Positions 27,994 to 37,175 of a DNA stretch of 64,000 nucleotides are shown here, piece by piece. This DNA is from Cenarchaeum sp. (GTDB lineage: Archaea > Thermoproteota > Nitrososphaeria > Nitrososphaerales > Nitrosopumilaceae), in the NCBI GenBank assembly GCA_965242695.1, contig CBDESU010000002.1, forward strand, positions 992,001-1,056,000. The letters are read 5' to 3'. The first letter of the stretch is position 1, and the number at the start of each line of letters is the position of its first letter. Under the pieces are notes generated by a model. That model saw nothing but the letters and a program-made list of their open reading frames with translations, was not told the origin of the DNA and did no database searches. The translations under genes and the position numbers were made by a program.

Positions 27994-28725
27994 ATGCATG
28001 CGCTAAAGGTTGCGTGGATTGCCGCCGCCTGCGTTGTGGGCGCCTCTGTTGCCCTGGTTGCGATTGCCCTCGCTGTGGCCTCGGTGCAGGAGGATGCGCC
28101 GGATGCAGAGCGGGCAACGGAGGCCGCCGAACGGGCAGAGGCCGCCGAACGGGTGGCTGCCATTGTCGCCGCGGCAACCGAATCTGCGCCGCCGGCCGAG
28201 CGGGAAACGGCCGAGCGGGCGGCCGAGGCCGCCGAGCGGGCGGCCGCTCAGTATCGAGCGAAGGCGGCAGCTGCCGAGCGGGCCGCCGCGTGGTCCGTTG
28301 GGGATGTGCATGTGCGTGCCGCCGCCGCGCATGTTCTGTCGGAAAAGGCCGCCGAGCGGGCCGCCGCGAACACGTTGCGGGCGGATGCGGCCCGGCAGGC
28401 GGCCGAGGCGGCCGGCGCGTGGACTGCGGGAAGGGTTGCCGAGTCTATGCGGTCGTCCGGCGAGGCCCAGCGTTGGATAGAGGCGCTTGGTGAATGGACA
28501 GCCGCAGCCGTCAGCGAGGATTTTGCGTCCAGCCAGTGGTCTACGGCGGCTAGCTTTTTTACGGATGGGCATGAACGGGTGGGGGTGAGAGCGGCCGAGG
28601 ATGCTATTGGTTATGAGTTGCAAGCGGCGGATCAGGTTGCAGCGGCCGAGGCGGCCGAGCGGGCGGCCGAACAGATGGCGCCGGCGACGGCAGAGCATAG
28701 GCGGGCGGCGGAAGCCGAGCCGTGA
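27994..28725 (+). CDS. Membrane-anchored Ala/Glu-rich helical hypothetical protein
   Basis: N-terminal TM helix, repeated EAAERA motifs, TTTATAA at 27964. Confidence 0.65.
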   Translation: MHALKVAWIAAACVVGASVALVAIALAVASVQEDAPDAERATEAAERAEAAERVAAIVAAATESAPPAERETAERAAEAAERAAAQYRAKAAAAERAAAWSVGDVHVRAAAAHVLSEKAAERAAANTLRADAARQAAEAAGAWTAGRVAESMRSSGEAQRWIEALGEWTAAAVSEDFASSQWSTAASFFTDGHERVGVRAAEDAIGYELQAADQVAAAEAAERAAEQMAPATAEHRRAAEAEP

Positions 28726-29066
28726 GGTGGCCTACGTGCATCTTGCATACTGTTCGGCATCCCCGTCCGTTCTGCCCCGATGGCCACCTGGGGTCGCTCT
28801 TTTGGCCCGTTGGCACACGCTCTGCCGTTCACCGTTAGGACCCCGCCTTGGCAGGGCTCAACGGGCCTTGTCCTGCCAGCACCCCCGCACCACATACGAC
28901 GTACATGGCTCAGTGCAGGCAGTAGCCGTAGCCGGGCCGCGGCGCGCAGCTGGTCTACGCCTGTCCGTCTAATGCCCGCCGTACGCCATGTGCACCCCCT
29001 GTCGGCCTGCGCCGTAGCCGCCCGACTCCGGCAAATTCTTTAATACAACTCGGCGGACGCCCGTCC

Positions 29067-29561
29067 ATGAACCCATTGGCAGGAGCCGCTGCAACGCTCG
29101 GCATCGCCGCCGCGATAGTGGCCGTGGCAACCGTGTCCGCGGATGCCTCCCTCCCGCAGGCGTACGCCCACCCCCACCCCGCCGAGGTGCTGCCTGCCTC
29201 GTCAGACGCCGCCGCCGCGCACGAGCCGCACACCGAGACGACGGCCCTGTCGGCCGGAATCGGCCTAGAGCGGACGGCGCTCGCCTTCCACGCCCCCTCT
29301 TCCAACACCCTGCCGTGGGGGTTCGTCGAGGGGACGGTGGACAACCCCGTCCCGGGCCACCCCGTGATCATCCAGATGTACGCCGACGACGGATCGGCCG
29401 TCCACTTTGCCCAGGTCGGCGTCGCCGACGACGGCTCGTACGAGTACAAGTTCAGGGTGCGCAACGTCGGCCCCGACGGCTCGGCCACGCAGCTCTTCTC
29501 GGGCGACTACACGGTAGCCGTGTACAAGGTAGTCTACCTCTCTGACCATGCCCACGCATAG
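29067..29561 (+). CDS. Secreted hypothetical protein (Ig-like thaumarchaeal family)
   Basis: Signal peptide; LPWGFVEG.V.NPV.GHPVIIQ and DGSYEYKFRVR segments. Confidence 0.75.
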   Translation: MNPLAGAAATLGIAAAIVAVATVSADASLPQAYAHPHPAEVLPASSDAAAAHEPHTETTALSAGIGLERTALAFHAPSSNTLPWGFVEGTVDNPVPGHPVIIQMYADDGSAVHFAQVGVADDGSYEYKFRVRNVGPDGSATQLFSGDYTVAVYKVVYLSDHAHA

Positions 29562-29587
29562 GGCAGTGTCTAGGCGATGCATCCCTG

Positions 29588-30478
29588 CTAGAACCCGCGC
29601 AGGCCCTCGGGCCTTGCGGTCTCGGGGTGCGCCTTCATCCACGCGATGCTCTCGAGCATAGAGGCCTTGTCGCGCGGGAACGTCCCCTTTACCATGAACG
29701 CGTTGGACCCGTGGTTGGCCCTGAACACCACGTCGTCGCCGACGTCTATCTGCCGTACGAGGTCCTCGAGCTCGCCGAGCGCCTCGGCGTCCGAGACTGG
29801 CTCGAACGACTCGCCGAACTTTGAGAGAAACTCGCCCCGTATGCCGTTCTCCAGGTACAGCGTCAGGGCGCCGACATAGTGCGGCGAGCACGCGCTAATG
29901 ACCCTTGCCGTCCCCGCGATGTGGTCGGCAGAGTGCGCCCTGCCGCCGAGCCCGAGTATGACCATGCACGACATCGTGTAGCCGGCGGCCTTGCCCTTGT
30001 TGACCGACTTTACGATGGTAGCCGCCACGGCGCCCTTTGTCACCTTCTTGAGTATGGTATCCGAGCCGCTCTCTATGCCGAGGTACAGCATGGACAGGCC
30101 GGCGGCGCGCATGGCCTCTAGCTCGGCCGGCGTCTTCTTTAGTATGTTCATCGGCATCGCGTAGCACGATATCCTCTCGACCGACGGGAGGCGCTCCCGA
30201 ATGTACGACGTGATGCGAACCATGCGGTCCGTCGAGATGTTGAGCGCATCGCCGTCGGCAAGGAAGACGCGCCTCGTACCGGGGGCGTGCCTTGCGACCA
30301 GGTCGATCTCGGCCCTCACCTCGTCCCACGGCCTCTCCGAGTACTCCTTTGACCTGTACATGTCGCAGAACGAGCACTCGTTGAACGAGCAGCCGAGCGT
30401 GACCTGAAATATGGTAGAGCGCGCCTCGGACGGCGGCCTGTACAGCGGGTGGTCGTAGGAAAGCATGGCCTCCGACAT
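29588..30478 (-). CDS. Radical SAM protein
   Basis: YRPPSEA, CSFNECSFC (CxxxCxxC), FLADGDA, YLGIESG and FRANHGSN motifs. Confidence 0.92.
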   Translation of the reverse strand: MSEAMLSYDHPLYRPPSEARSTIFQVTLGCSFNECSFCDMYRSKEYSERPWDEVRAEIDLVARHAPGTRRVFLADGDALNISTDRMVRITSYIRERLPSVERISCYAMPMNILKKTPAELEAMRAAGLSMLYLGIESGSDTILKKVTKGAVAATIVKSVNKGKAAGYTMSCMVILGLGGRAHSADHIAGTARVISACSPHYVGALTLYLENGIRGEFLSKFGESFEPVSDAEALGELEDLVRQIDVGDDVVFRANHGSNAFMVKGTFPRDKASMLESIAWMKAHPETARPEGLRGF

Positions 30479-30670
30479 GTCCCGCCGCCCGGGGCGGCGC
30501 CTTTTAACCCCTCCGGGGCCGCGCGGGCCTCTTGGGGAGGCGAGGGCGGAGGGGAGGAGGGGAGGGGCGCCGCCGCGAGCGCCTTGTCGCGCTAGGAATC
30601 GCGCGGGCCTCGAGACGCAGGGGCCGGGGAGCGATCCCAAGGCCGCCGTGCGCGGGGAGGCGGTGGGCTA

Positions 30671-30772
30671 GTGCGCCGGGGCAGAAACAGGGAGTTGCGG
30701 ACGCGCCGCGCGGGCGCCGTGCGCCGGGGCAGAAACAGGGAGTTGCGGACGCGCCGCGCGGGCGCCGTGCGC
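30671..30772 (+). repeat. Intergenic 48-bp tandem duplication
   Basis: GTGCGCCGGGGCAGAAACAGGGAGTTGCGGACGCGCCGCGCGGGCGCC x2 plus 6 bp. Confidence 0.9.
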
Positions 30773-30892
30773 AGGAAGGCGGCGGGCTGGTGCGCGGGGC
30801 GGGGCGTTGTAGCCCCCGCCGGCGCCGATCTCGCGCCCCCGCCCGCGCGCCGGATGCAAACCCTTATTGCGCCCCCGCCGGCCGCCCCCGCC

Positions 30893-31495
30893 ATGGCACT
30901 AGTGCAGGCCCTGCCCTACCGCCTTCAGCGCCGGCCGACCATGCCGCGCGAGCAACGCCTGGCCATGATCGCCATGAAGGCACGCCCCGAGATGCTCCCT
31001 CCGCTCGCCCGCTTTGTAAAGTACTTGGCGTCAAAGGGGCTCGTAGAGTTCGGCCCGCCGCTTGCGAGCGGCAGAAAGGGCCTCGTCGTCGTCGACAGGG
31101 TGCAGCAGTGCGCCTTTCTTGCACTGTACTTTGGCCTAGACATGGGCTTCGAGTTCGGCTCGTACAGCAACGGGCCGGTCTCGGACGAGATGGCAGACGG
31201 GGTATACAGGCTGTCCCTGGAGGACAAGGCCGTGTACGACGCGGTCGAGGCGTCGGTGCCGTCAATGCCGGGCCCGTTCAGGGAGGAAGAGTTCCTAGAC
31301 CTAGTCTCGGGCAGAAGCCCGGTCTGGCTGTGCGCGGCGGCCACGATGCTCGATATAAACATAGACTACAGGGAGGACTTGGACATGGTGAAGAGAAGGA
31401 CCGCGTCAATATTAGTGTACACCCCGGGCGCCCCCGCCGTCATCGACGACGTGTTCAACGAGCTCCAAAGACGGGCCATGTTTCGGCTGGATTGA
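30893..31495 (+). CDS. Hypothetical protein with Panacea/YwgA-like motif
   Basis: RVQQCAFLA..FGLD.GFEF..Y.NGPVS.EMA. Confidence 0.6.
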   Translation: MALVQALPYRLQRRPTMPREQRLAMIAMKARPEMLPPLARFVKYLASKGLVEFGPPLASGRKGLVVVDRVQQCAFLALYFGLDMGFEFGSYSNGPVSDEMADGVYRLSLEDKAVYDAVEASVPSMPGPFREEEFLDLVSGRSPVWLCAAATMLDINIDYREDLDMVKRRTASILVYTPGAPAVIDDVFNELQRRAMFRLD

Positions 31496-31964
31496 CGATC
31501 TTAAGCTCCGTGTTGCGCAATCCCTGCGCCCTTGCCGTTTCTTCGTATAGTTCTATTGCGGGGTTCTTGACAAGCTTGCTGTCCCTTGTTATGAGATATG
31601 CGGAGTTGGGGTCGGCGACGGCGTGCGCGGTCATGACCGTGTCCGTCGTGTCGAGGTTGGGCGACGCTACGGCCAGCTCCTGCGCGGTGGCGAGCACCCT
31701 CGGGCTCAGGGGCGGCATGCACCTGCCGGGATCGATCCTGCTGTCGTACACCAGCTTGAACATGCCGAGGAGCATGCTCAAGGCATCGGGCCCGTCCCGC
31801 AGTATGACGGCGGCCGCCTCGCCTAGCGCCGTCTGCGAGGCGACGAGCGAGTACGGATGCTGGTTGCCCAGCCGCAGTATCTCCGTCACGAGATTGGCAT
31901 ACCTGCCCCCGAAGAGGACCTCCATGATCGCCCATGTGTCAAGGTGCACGGTATACAGCGCCAT
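31455..31964 (-). CDS. PIN-domain protein
   Basis: VHLDT, SQTALGE, D..D....A.A and LITRD acidic PIN motifs; TTTAAA upstream near 31989. Confidence 0.75.
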   Translation of the reverse strand: MALYTVHLDTWAIMEVLFGGRYANLVTEILRLGNQHPYSLVASQTALGEAAAVILRDGPDALSMLLGMFKLVYDSRIDPGRCMPPLSPRVLATAQELAVASPNLDTTDTVMTAHAVADPNSAYLITRDSKLVKNPAIELYEETARAQGLRNTELKIVNPAETWPVFGAR

Positions 31965-32185
31965 GCCACGCAACCACCTGCCCGTCCATTTAAACTTGGC
32001 CTGCCTCCCATCGCGGGCTTGAACCGCGCTCCATGTCGAGCTACATCCTATTTCCCCGTCCCCGCTGCCGCAAGAAGGGCAACGTCCGATGCGGCACGGC
32101 CGCCCCTGGCGGAAGGGCAGGCGTACAGGCCCTGCTACGCGCCTTGGCGCGGAGAGCAATCGCACAGAATGGACGTTGCCCGCCC

Positions 32186-32344
32186 CGCCAGGCGGCGCGT
32201 CGCCCCAAGCGGGGGGGGGGCGCCCGCGGACCATGGGACGCCGGACGGCCGCCAGGCGGCGCGTCGCCCCAAGCGGGGGGGGGGGGCGCCCGCGGACCAT
32301 GGGACGCCGGACGGCCGCCAGGCGGCGCGTCGCCCCAAGCGGGG
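32186..32344 (+). repeat. Intergenic 64/66-bp tandem repeat (about 2.4 copies) with G10 and G12 tracts
   Basis: Units 32191-32254 and 32255-32320 differ only in poly-G length. Confidence 0.9.
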
Positions 32345-32466
32345 AGAGGGGCGCCGGCCGCGCGGCCTGCGCGTGGGACCGCCCGGTTCCGGCGATATCG
32401 GCCCCTCCGGCCGCCCCTGCGGGGGTCGATACAAAGTTAAATAATGAAGAAATCGGCGCCCGCTCG

Positions 32467-35400
32467 ATGTCGGCACGCAGCGGCGCCCGCATGTCCGCGG
32501 CCCCCTTGGCCGCACTGCTCGTTGCGGTTGCCGCCGTTGCCGCCGCCGCGCCGGTCCTGGCAGGCGATGCGCTAGCGCAGGCCGCGTACGACCCGCCGCT
32601 CAAGCAGCACGAGCGCGTCCTGGCGCAGGCCGTCGTGTGCAACGACGGGCTGGACCTTGTCATAAAGTCGTCCGACGGCTCGCCCGCGTGCGTCGGGATG
32701 GATGCAAAGCAGGCCCTCTTGGCGCGCGGCTGGGCGACCGAGCCGCCTGACGTCCCGCGCGCGCCGTCCATCGACCTGACGGACGAAGAGCGCGCATGGC
32801 TTGCGGACAACCAGATCCGCATGTCGTACGATCCCGCATGGCCCCCGTTCGAGTTCAACAACGCCGACGGCGAGCTAGACGGCCTGGCCGCCGCGTACAA
32901 GGCCGAGTTCGAGAGGCTCATCGGGACGGACTTTGCGGTCGTGCAGAGCCCCGACTGGCCCGGCGCCCTCGACGCGGTCCGCGCCGGCGAGGTCGACGTG
33001 CTGTTCGTAACCGGAGACACTCCTGACCGGCGCGAGTTCTTGGGATTCGCGCCGCCGTACATGACGCTGTCGACGGCAATGATCACGCTCGGCGAGGTCA
33101 ACATCTCGCCCGACGACCTGGCCGGCATGGAAGTCGGCACAATACGCGGCTACGAGGTCGAGGCGTGGCTCGACGAGAACCGTCCCGACATAGAATATAC
33201 GCCGCTCGACGAGGGCCTTGCGTTTACGGCCCTGCAGGCGGGCGATATCGACGTGCTGCTGTGGTTCTGGGAGATCGCCGACTACAAGGCCCGGATGGCC
33301 GCGGTGGACGGCCTGTACAACGCGGGCGAGATGGGCCACGTGATGGACGTGAGCGTTGCGTACGCGCTGACCGACCCAACCTTGGGGGCGATCATCGAAA
33401 AGGCGATGGACGCAATCACCGACGTCGACCGCGACCGCATGCTCAACGAGGCCATAATGGCAAGGCCGCCGCCCGATATGATTGCGGCCTCTTCCATGGC
33501 CATAGCCGTCCCCGACGACGAGGCCCCGATGGACATTCCGGCGCTGGATCTTTCGGCGTCAGAGGCGGCGTGGCTGGCGAGCAGCCCGACGATCAGGGTG
33601 GCGTACGATCCCGACTGGCCGCCGATCGAGTTTGACATGGACGGCGAGGTCGCCGGCCTCTCGGCGGCGTACGTGCAGCTCGCCGCGGTAATGACCGGAG
33701 CCGAGTTCGTGTCCGTGCCAAAGGACGACTGGTCGGGGGCCTTGGCGGCCGTCAGGTCTGGCGAGGCGGACGTGCTCTTTGCAGTGGCCCGCACGGCGGA
33801 CAGGGAGGAGTTTCTAGGCTTTACCAAGCCCCACACTGTTCTTCCGTGGTACATCGTCACGGCATCGGCCCGCACGATAGAGGCCGAGGACCTCGGCACG
33901 ATAAAGGTCGGCACCATAAGGGACTATTCGATCGAAGAGTGGCTAGGGGAGAACCGCCCCGACGTGCGGTTCACCTCGTACCCAGACTACGGCGAGCTGC
34001 TCGATGCCCTGCGGTCCGACGAGATCGAGGCGTTCGTCGAGGTCTGGCCGGTCGCGGCGATGCGCGCCGGCATGGCCGGCATGGAGGTGCACCAGGCCGG
34101 CATGCTCGACGAGTCGCTTGCCCTGTCGGCGGGGTACTCTAAGACCAACATGATACTCGGCTCTATCATGAAAAAGGCTGTCGCGGCCATACCGTCCGAC
34201 CTAAAGGACGAGGCGCAGGCCAACCTCGTGCCGCCCCCGCCCGAGCCCACCCTTGCGCTCACCCCGGCGGAGGAGACGTGGATTGCAAACAACCCCGTCG
34301 TCCAGGTCGCGTACGATCCAGACTTTGCGCCGTTCGAGTACATCGACGAGGCAGGCGAGCTCGGCGGCCCCTCGCGCGCCTACATGGACAGGTTCGCCGA
34401 CCTTATGGGCGTCTCGTTCGAGCCGATCGAGGCGGCGACATGGAGCGAGTCGCTAGAGGCCATGAGGACGGGCGATGCGGACGTGATGTTCATGGTCGCG
34501 GTCACCGAGGAGCGCGAAGAGTTCATGGGCTTTACCGAGCCGCACACCCAGCTGACGTGGGACATGATCACGCGCGGCGATGCGGATGCGGTCACTGCGG
34601 ACGGCCTAAAGGACCTCAAGGTCGGCGCCGTAAAGGACTATGCGGTCGTCGCCTGGCTCGAGGAGAACATGGGCGAGGTCAGGGTAACGGAGTTTGACGA
34701 CCACGCGGCCGCGTTTACGGCCATGGGGTCTGGCGAGATCGACGTGTTCGTCGACACCTGGGCCTCGTCCCTGTACGCGGCCGAGATTGCCGGCATTACG
34801 GACCTTGCAAACGCGGGCCCACTCGAGGCGACGCTAGACCTGGCCGTGGCGTACTCTAAGAACAACAACGCCGCGCTTGGCACCATACTCGCAAAGGCGC
34901 TCGCCGAGGTGCCGCTCTCGGAGCGGGAGCGGCTCGCCTCGATGATGCCGGGGCCGGGCCAGGGGCCGGCGACAGGGGGCGACGAGGCCGCCGCCGAGGA
35001 ATTTGCGCTGACCGACGAAGAGTCGGCGTGGGTCGCGGAGAACCCGACGGTTCGCGTCGCGTACGATCCAGACGCGGCGCCGTTTGAGAGCATCAACGAG
35101 GACGGCGAGCTAGAGGGGCTGGCGCGCACGTACGCGGACAGGCTGGCCGACATGACGGGCCTGGCGTTCGAGCCGATCGCGGCCGAGACGTGGACCGCCT
35201 CGCTGGACGCCATGAAGTCTGGTGATGCCGACGTCATGTTCATTGCCTTGGACACCAAGGAGCGCAGAGAGTACATGACGTTTACAGAGCCGCACACCCG
35301 CCTGACGTGGGACATGCTCACGCTAGGCCCGGACGGCCGCATGGATATCCCTGTGGAAGAGCTGCCCGGCCTAAAGGTGGGAGCCATCAAGGACTATGCG

Positions 35401-35733
35401 ATATTCGCGCAGGCCGCCGAGGCCATGCCGGACGTCAAGATTATGGAGTACGACAGCCACGCCAACGCGTTCGACGCCCTAGAGTCGGGCGACCTAGATG
35501 TGTTCATCGAGTCGTGGACCTCGGGGCTGCTAGAGGCCGAAGAGTACGGCTCGGCCGACGATCTAAACTACGCCGGCTCGCTCGACATTGCCGCCGAGAT
35601 GCGCATGGCCTACTCGAACGCCGCCAACCCCATGCTCGGCCAGATCATCGAGAGGGCGTTCATGGCCATACCGGACGCGGAAAAGCAGGACAACGAGATG
35701 CAGACGCTGACGCCCCTGCCCGCGGACGGCTAG
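32467..35733 (+). CDS. Secreted protein with four tandem family-3 substrate-binding (Venus flytrap) domains
   Basis: Signal peptide; thaumarchaeal PPLKQ...C..GL.LVIK..GSPACV module; four copies of LT..E.AW...P..RVAYDP...PFE. Confidence 0.88.
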   Translation: MSARSGARMSAAPLAALLVAVAAVAAAAPVLAGDALAQAAYDPPLKQHERVLAQAVVCNDGLDLVIKSSDGSPACVGMDAKQALLARGWATEPPDVPRAPSIDLTDEERAWLADNQIRMSYDPAWPPFEFNNADGELDGLAAAYKAEFERLIGTDFAVVQSPDWPGALDAVRAGEVDVLFVTGDTPDRREFLGFAPPYMTLSTAMITLGEVNISPDDLAGMEVGTIRGYEVEAWLDENRPDIEYTPLDEGLAFTALQAGDIDVLLWFWEIADYKARMAAVDGLYNAGEMGHVMDVSVAYALTDPTLGAIIEKAMDAITDVDRDRMLNEAIMARPPPDMIAASSMAIAVPDDEAPMDIPALDLSASEAAWLASSPTIRVAYDPDWPPIEFDMDGEVAGLSAAYVQLAAVMTGAEFVSVPKDDWSGALAAVRSGEADVLFAVARTADREEFLGFTKPHTVLPWYIVTASARTIEAEDLGTIKVGTIRDYSIEEWLGENRPDVRFTSYPDYGELLDALRSDEIEAFVEVWPVAAMRAGMAGMEVHQAGMLDESLALSAGYSKTNMILGSIMKKAVAAIPSDLKDEAQANLVPPPPEPTLALTPAEETWIANNPVVQVAYDPDFAPFEYIDEAGELGGPSRAYMDRFADLMGVSFEPIEAATWSESLEAMRTGDADVMFMVAVTEEREEFMGFTEPHTQLTWDMITRGDADAVTADGLKDLKVGAVKDYAVVAWLEENMGEVRVTEFDDHAAAFTAMGSGEIDVFVDTWASSLYAAEIAGITDLANAGPLEATLDLAVAYSKNNNAALGTILAKALAEVPLSERERLASMMPGPGQGPATGGDEAAAEEFALTDEESAWVAENPTVRVAYDPDAAPFESINEDGELEGLARTYADRLADMTGLAFEPIAAETWTASLDAMKSGDADVMFIALDTKERREYMTFTEPHTRLTWDMLTLGPDGRMDIPVEELPGLKVGAIKDYAIFAQAAEAMPDVKIMEYDSHANAFDALESGDLDVFIESWTSGLLEAEEYGSADDLNYAGSLDIAAEMRMAYSNAANPMLGQIIERAFMAIPDAEKQDNEMQTLTPLPADG

Positions 35734-35826
35734 GCTGCCCCTGCGACGTCGCGCCTGGCCACCCTGCGGTCGTAGCCCCCTCTGCAGTAGGGCAAACCTA
35801 TATCCGATAGCCCTCCAAACGGCGGC

Positions 35827-36111
35827 ATGGGCCCCGAAGCCGCGCTCCTCTCGGCCGTCTCGATCGCCAACATGGGCATCCTTGCGGTCCTGATGGCAAG
35901 CTTTGCCAGGATGTACCGCAAGACGCGCGCGCAGCTGCCGCTCGGGATGATCGTGGTCTCGGCCATGCTGTTCCTGCACAATGCGATAGCGTCCATGGCG
36001 CACTTTTCGATGGCGATGCTGTTCGCCCACGAGGTGTTCCCCTACATGCTCGGCGTCGGCATCGCCGAGCTTGCGGCCCTGCTGATATTCCTCAAGATAT
36101 CGGTCGAGTAG
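35827..36111 (+). CDS. Small membrane protein
   Basis: Three hydrophobic helices; TATA near 35798. Confidence 0.75.
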   Translation: MGPEAALLSAVSIANMGILAVLMASFARMYRKTRAQLPLGMIVVSAMLFLHNAIASMAHFSMAMLFAHEVFPYMLGVGIAELAALLIFLKISVE

Positions 36112-36223
36112 CGCAGCCCCTGCCCACGCTGCGATGGGGGGTGGGGGGGATGCGGGCCTTTGAGCTCCGGCACGGCTCCGCCCGCCGTTGGTTTAAGAGT
36201 GCGCCCGCGCCGCCCGGCCTTGC

Positions 36224-36745
36224 ATGAACCCAAAGTACGCCGGGTACGTACGGCTCAACAGGAACGTGCTGTGCGCGCTCGGCGCCTCGCTGGCCGTCTC
36301 TGCCGCCGCGGCGCAGGCCCTTGGCGCCGAGCAGGACCACCTCAACGCCACGTACGTGCTGGCAGTCGACTATCTCGTGTATTTCTCGGTCTTTGGAACC
36401 ATGCAGTACCTCGACAACCGGCGCCGGTACGCGCTGCCGGGCGGGGGCACCGACACGGCGGCCCTCAGGTCCGACCTGCTCAAGATGGTCTCGTCGCTCG
36501 GCGTCGCCGAAGTCGTGTACACGGCGGTGCGCTGGATGATACACTACAACCTGCTCGCGGCCGCCGGGTCCGCGCCGTACGAGGCCTCGATCATGTCGCA
36601 GGCAGCCGCGACGGCCGTCTATCTTGTCGTGCTCAACCTAGGCGTCAAGCTGACGCGGCTGTACGGCGGCCCGGCACGGCAGGAGGCCGGCGGCGCCGAC
36701 GGTGCCACCGCCGGCGGCAAGGAGGGCGGCGGGACGCATGGCTGA
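36224..36745 (+). CDS. Hypothetical membrane protein
   Basis: Four hydrophobic segments; TTTAA upstream. Confidence 0.75.
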   Translation: MNPKYAGYVRLNRNVLCALGASLAVSAAAAQALGAEQDHLNATYVLAVDYLVYFSVFGTMQYLDNRRRYALPGGGTDTAALRSDLLKMVSSLGVAEVVYTAVRWMIHYNLLAAAGSAPYEASIMSQAAATAVYLVVLNLGVKLTRLYGGPARQEAGGADGATAGGKEGGGTHG

Positions 36746-37127
36746 CGGCGACAACGGCAGCAGCGGAGGCGGCTCGGCCACCGTGTACGTGGACGGCAGC
36801 GGCGGCGACGATCCCGGGTTCGGCTACTATGTCGCCGAGACGGGCGAGACGTTCTACGAGAAGAGGCAGGGCATAACGAGCAACCAGGCCGAGTACCTGG
36901 CCATCATTGCGGCGCTCAACAAGTTTGCCGGCTCGGGCCTGTCCCTGACGATACGGAGCGACTCGAAGAACACCGTCATGCAGCTGACGCACGAGTACGC
37001 CATCAACAGCGGGCCGCTCCGGCTGCTCGCGCGCGAGGCGTGGCCCCTCATGGCGTCCATGCCGGGCCTGACGATAGAGTGGGTGCCGCGCGCAAAGAAC
37101 CTGGCCGGCAAGATGCTCGGCAGCTAG
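36738..37127 (+). CDS. Ribonuclease HI-like protein
   Basis: VYVDGS, TSNQAEY.A, SDS and WVPR..N motifs. Confidence 0.85.
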   Translation: MADGDNGSSGGGSATVYVDGSGGDDPGFGYYVAETGETFYEKRQGITSNQAEYLAIIAALNKFAGSGLSLTIRSDSKNTVMQLTHEYAINSGPLRLLAREAWPLMASMPGLTIEWVPRAKNLAGKMLGS

Positions 37128-37175
37128 CGGCGGCCCTAGGCTACCTTTATTACGGAAAACTCCGGCGCCGCGCAG

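Noticed and set aside
36738-37127. Reverse-transcriptase-related element (RVT_3-type annotation)
   Set aside because: It is a stand-alone RNase HI-fold protein; there is no RT domain, retron ncRNA or DGR template/variable repeat pair
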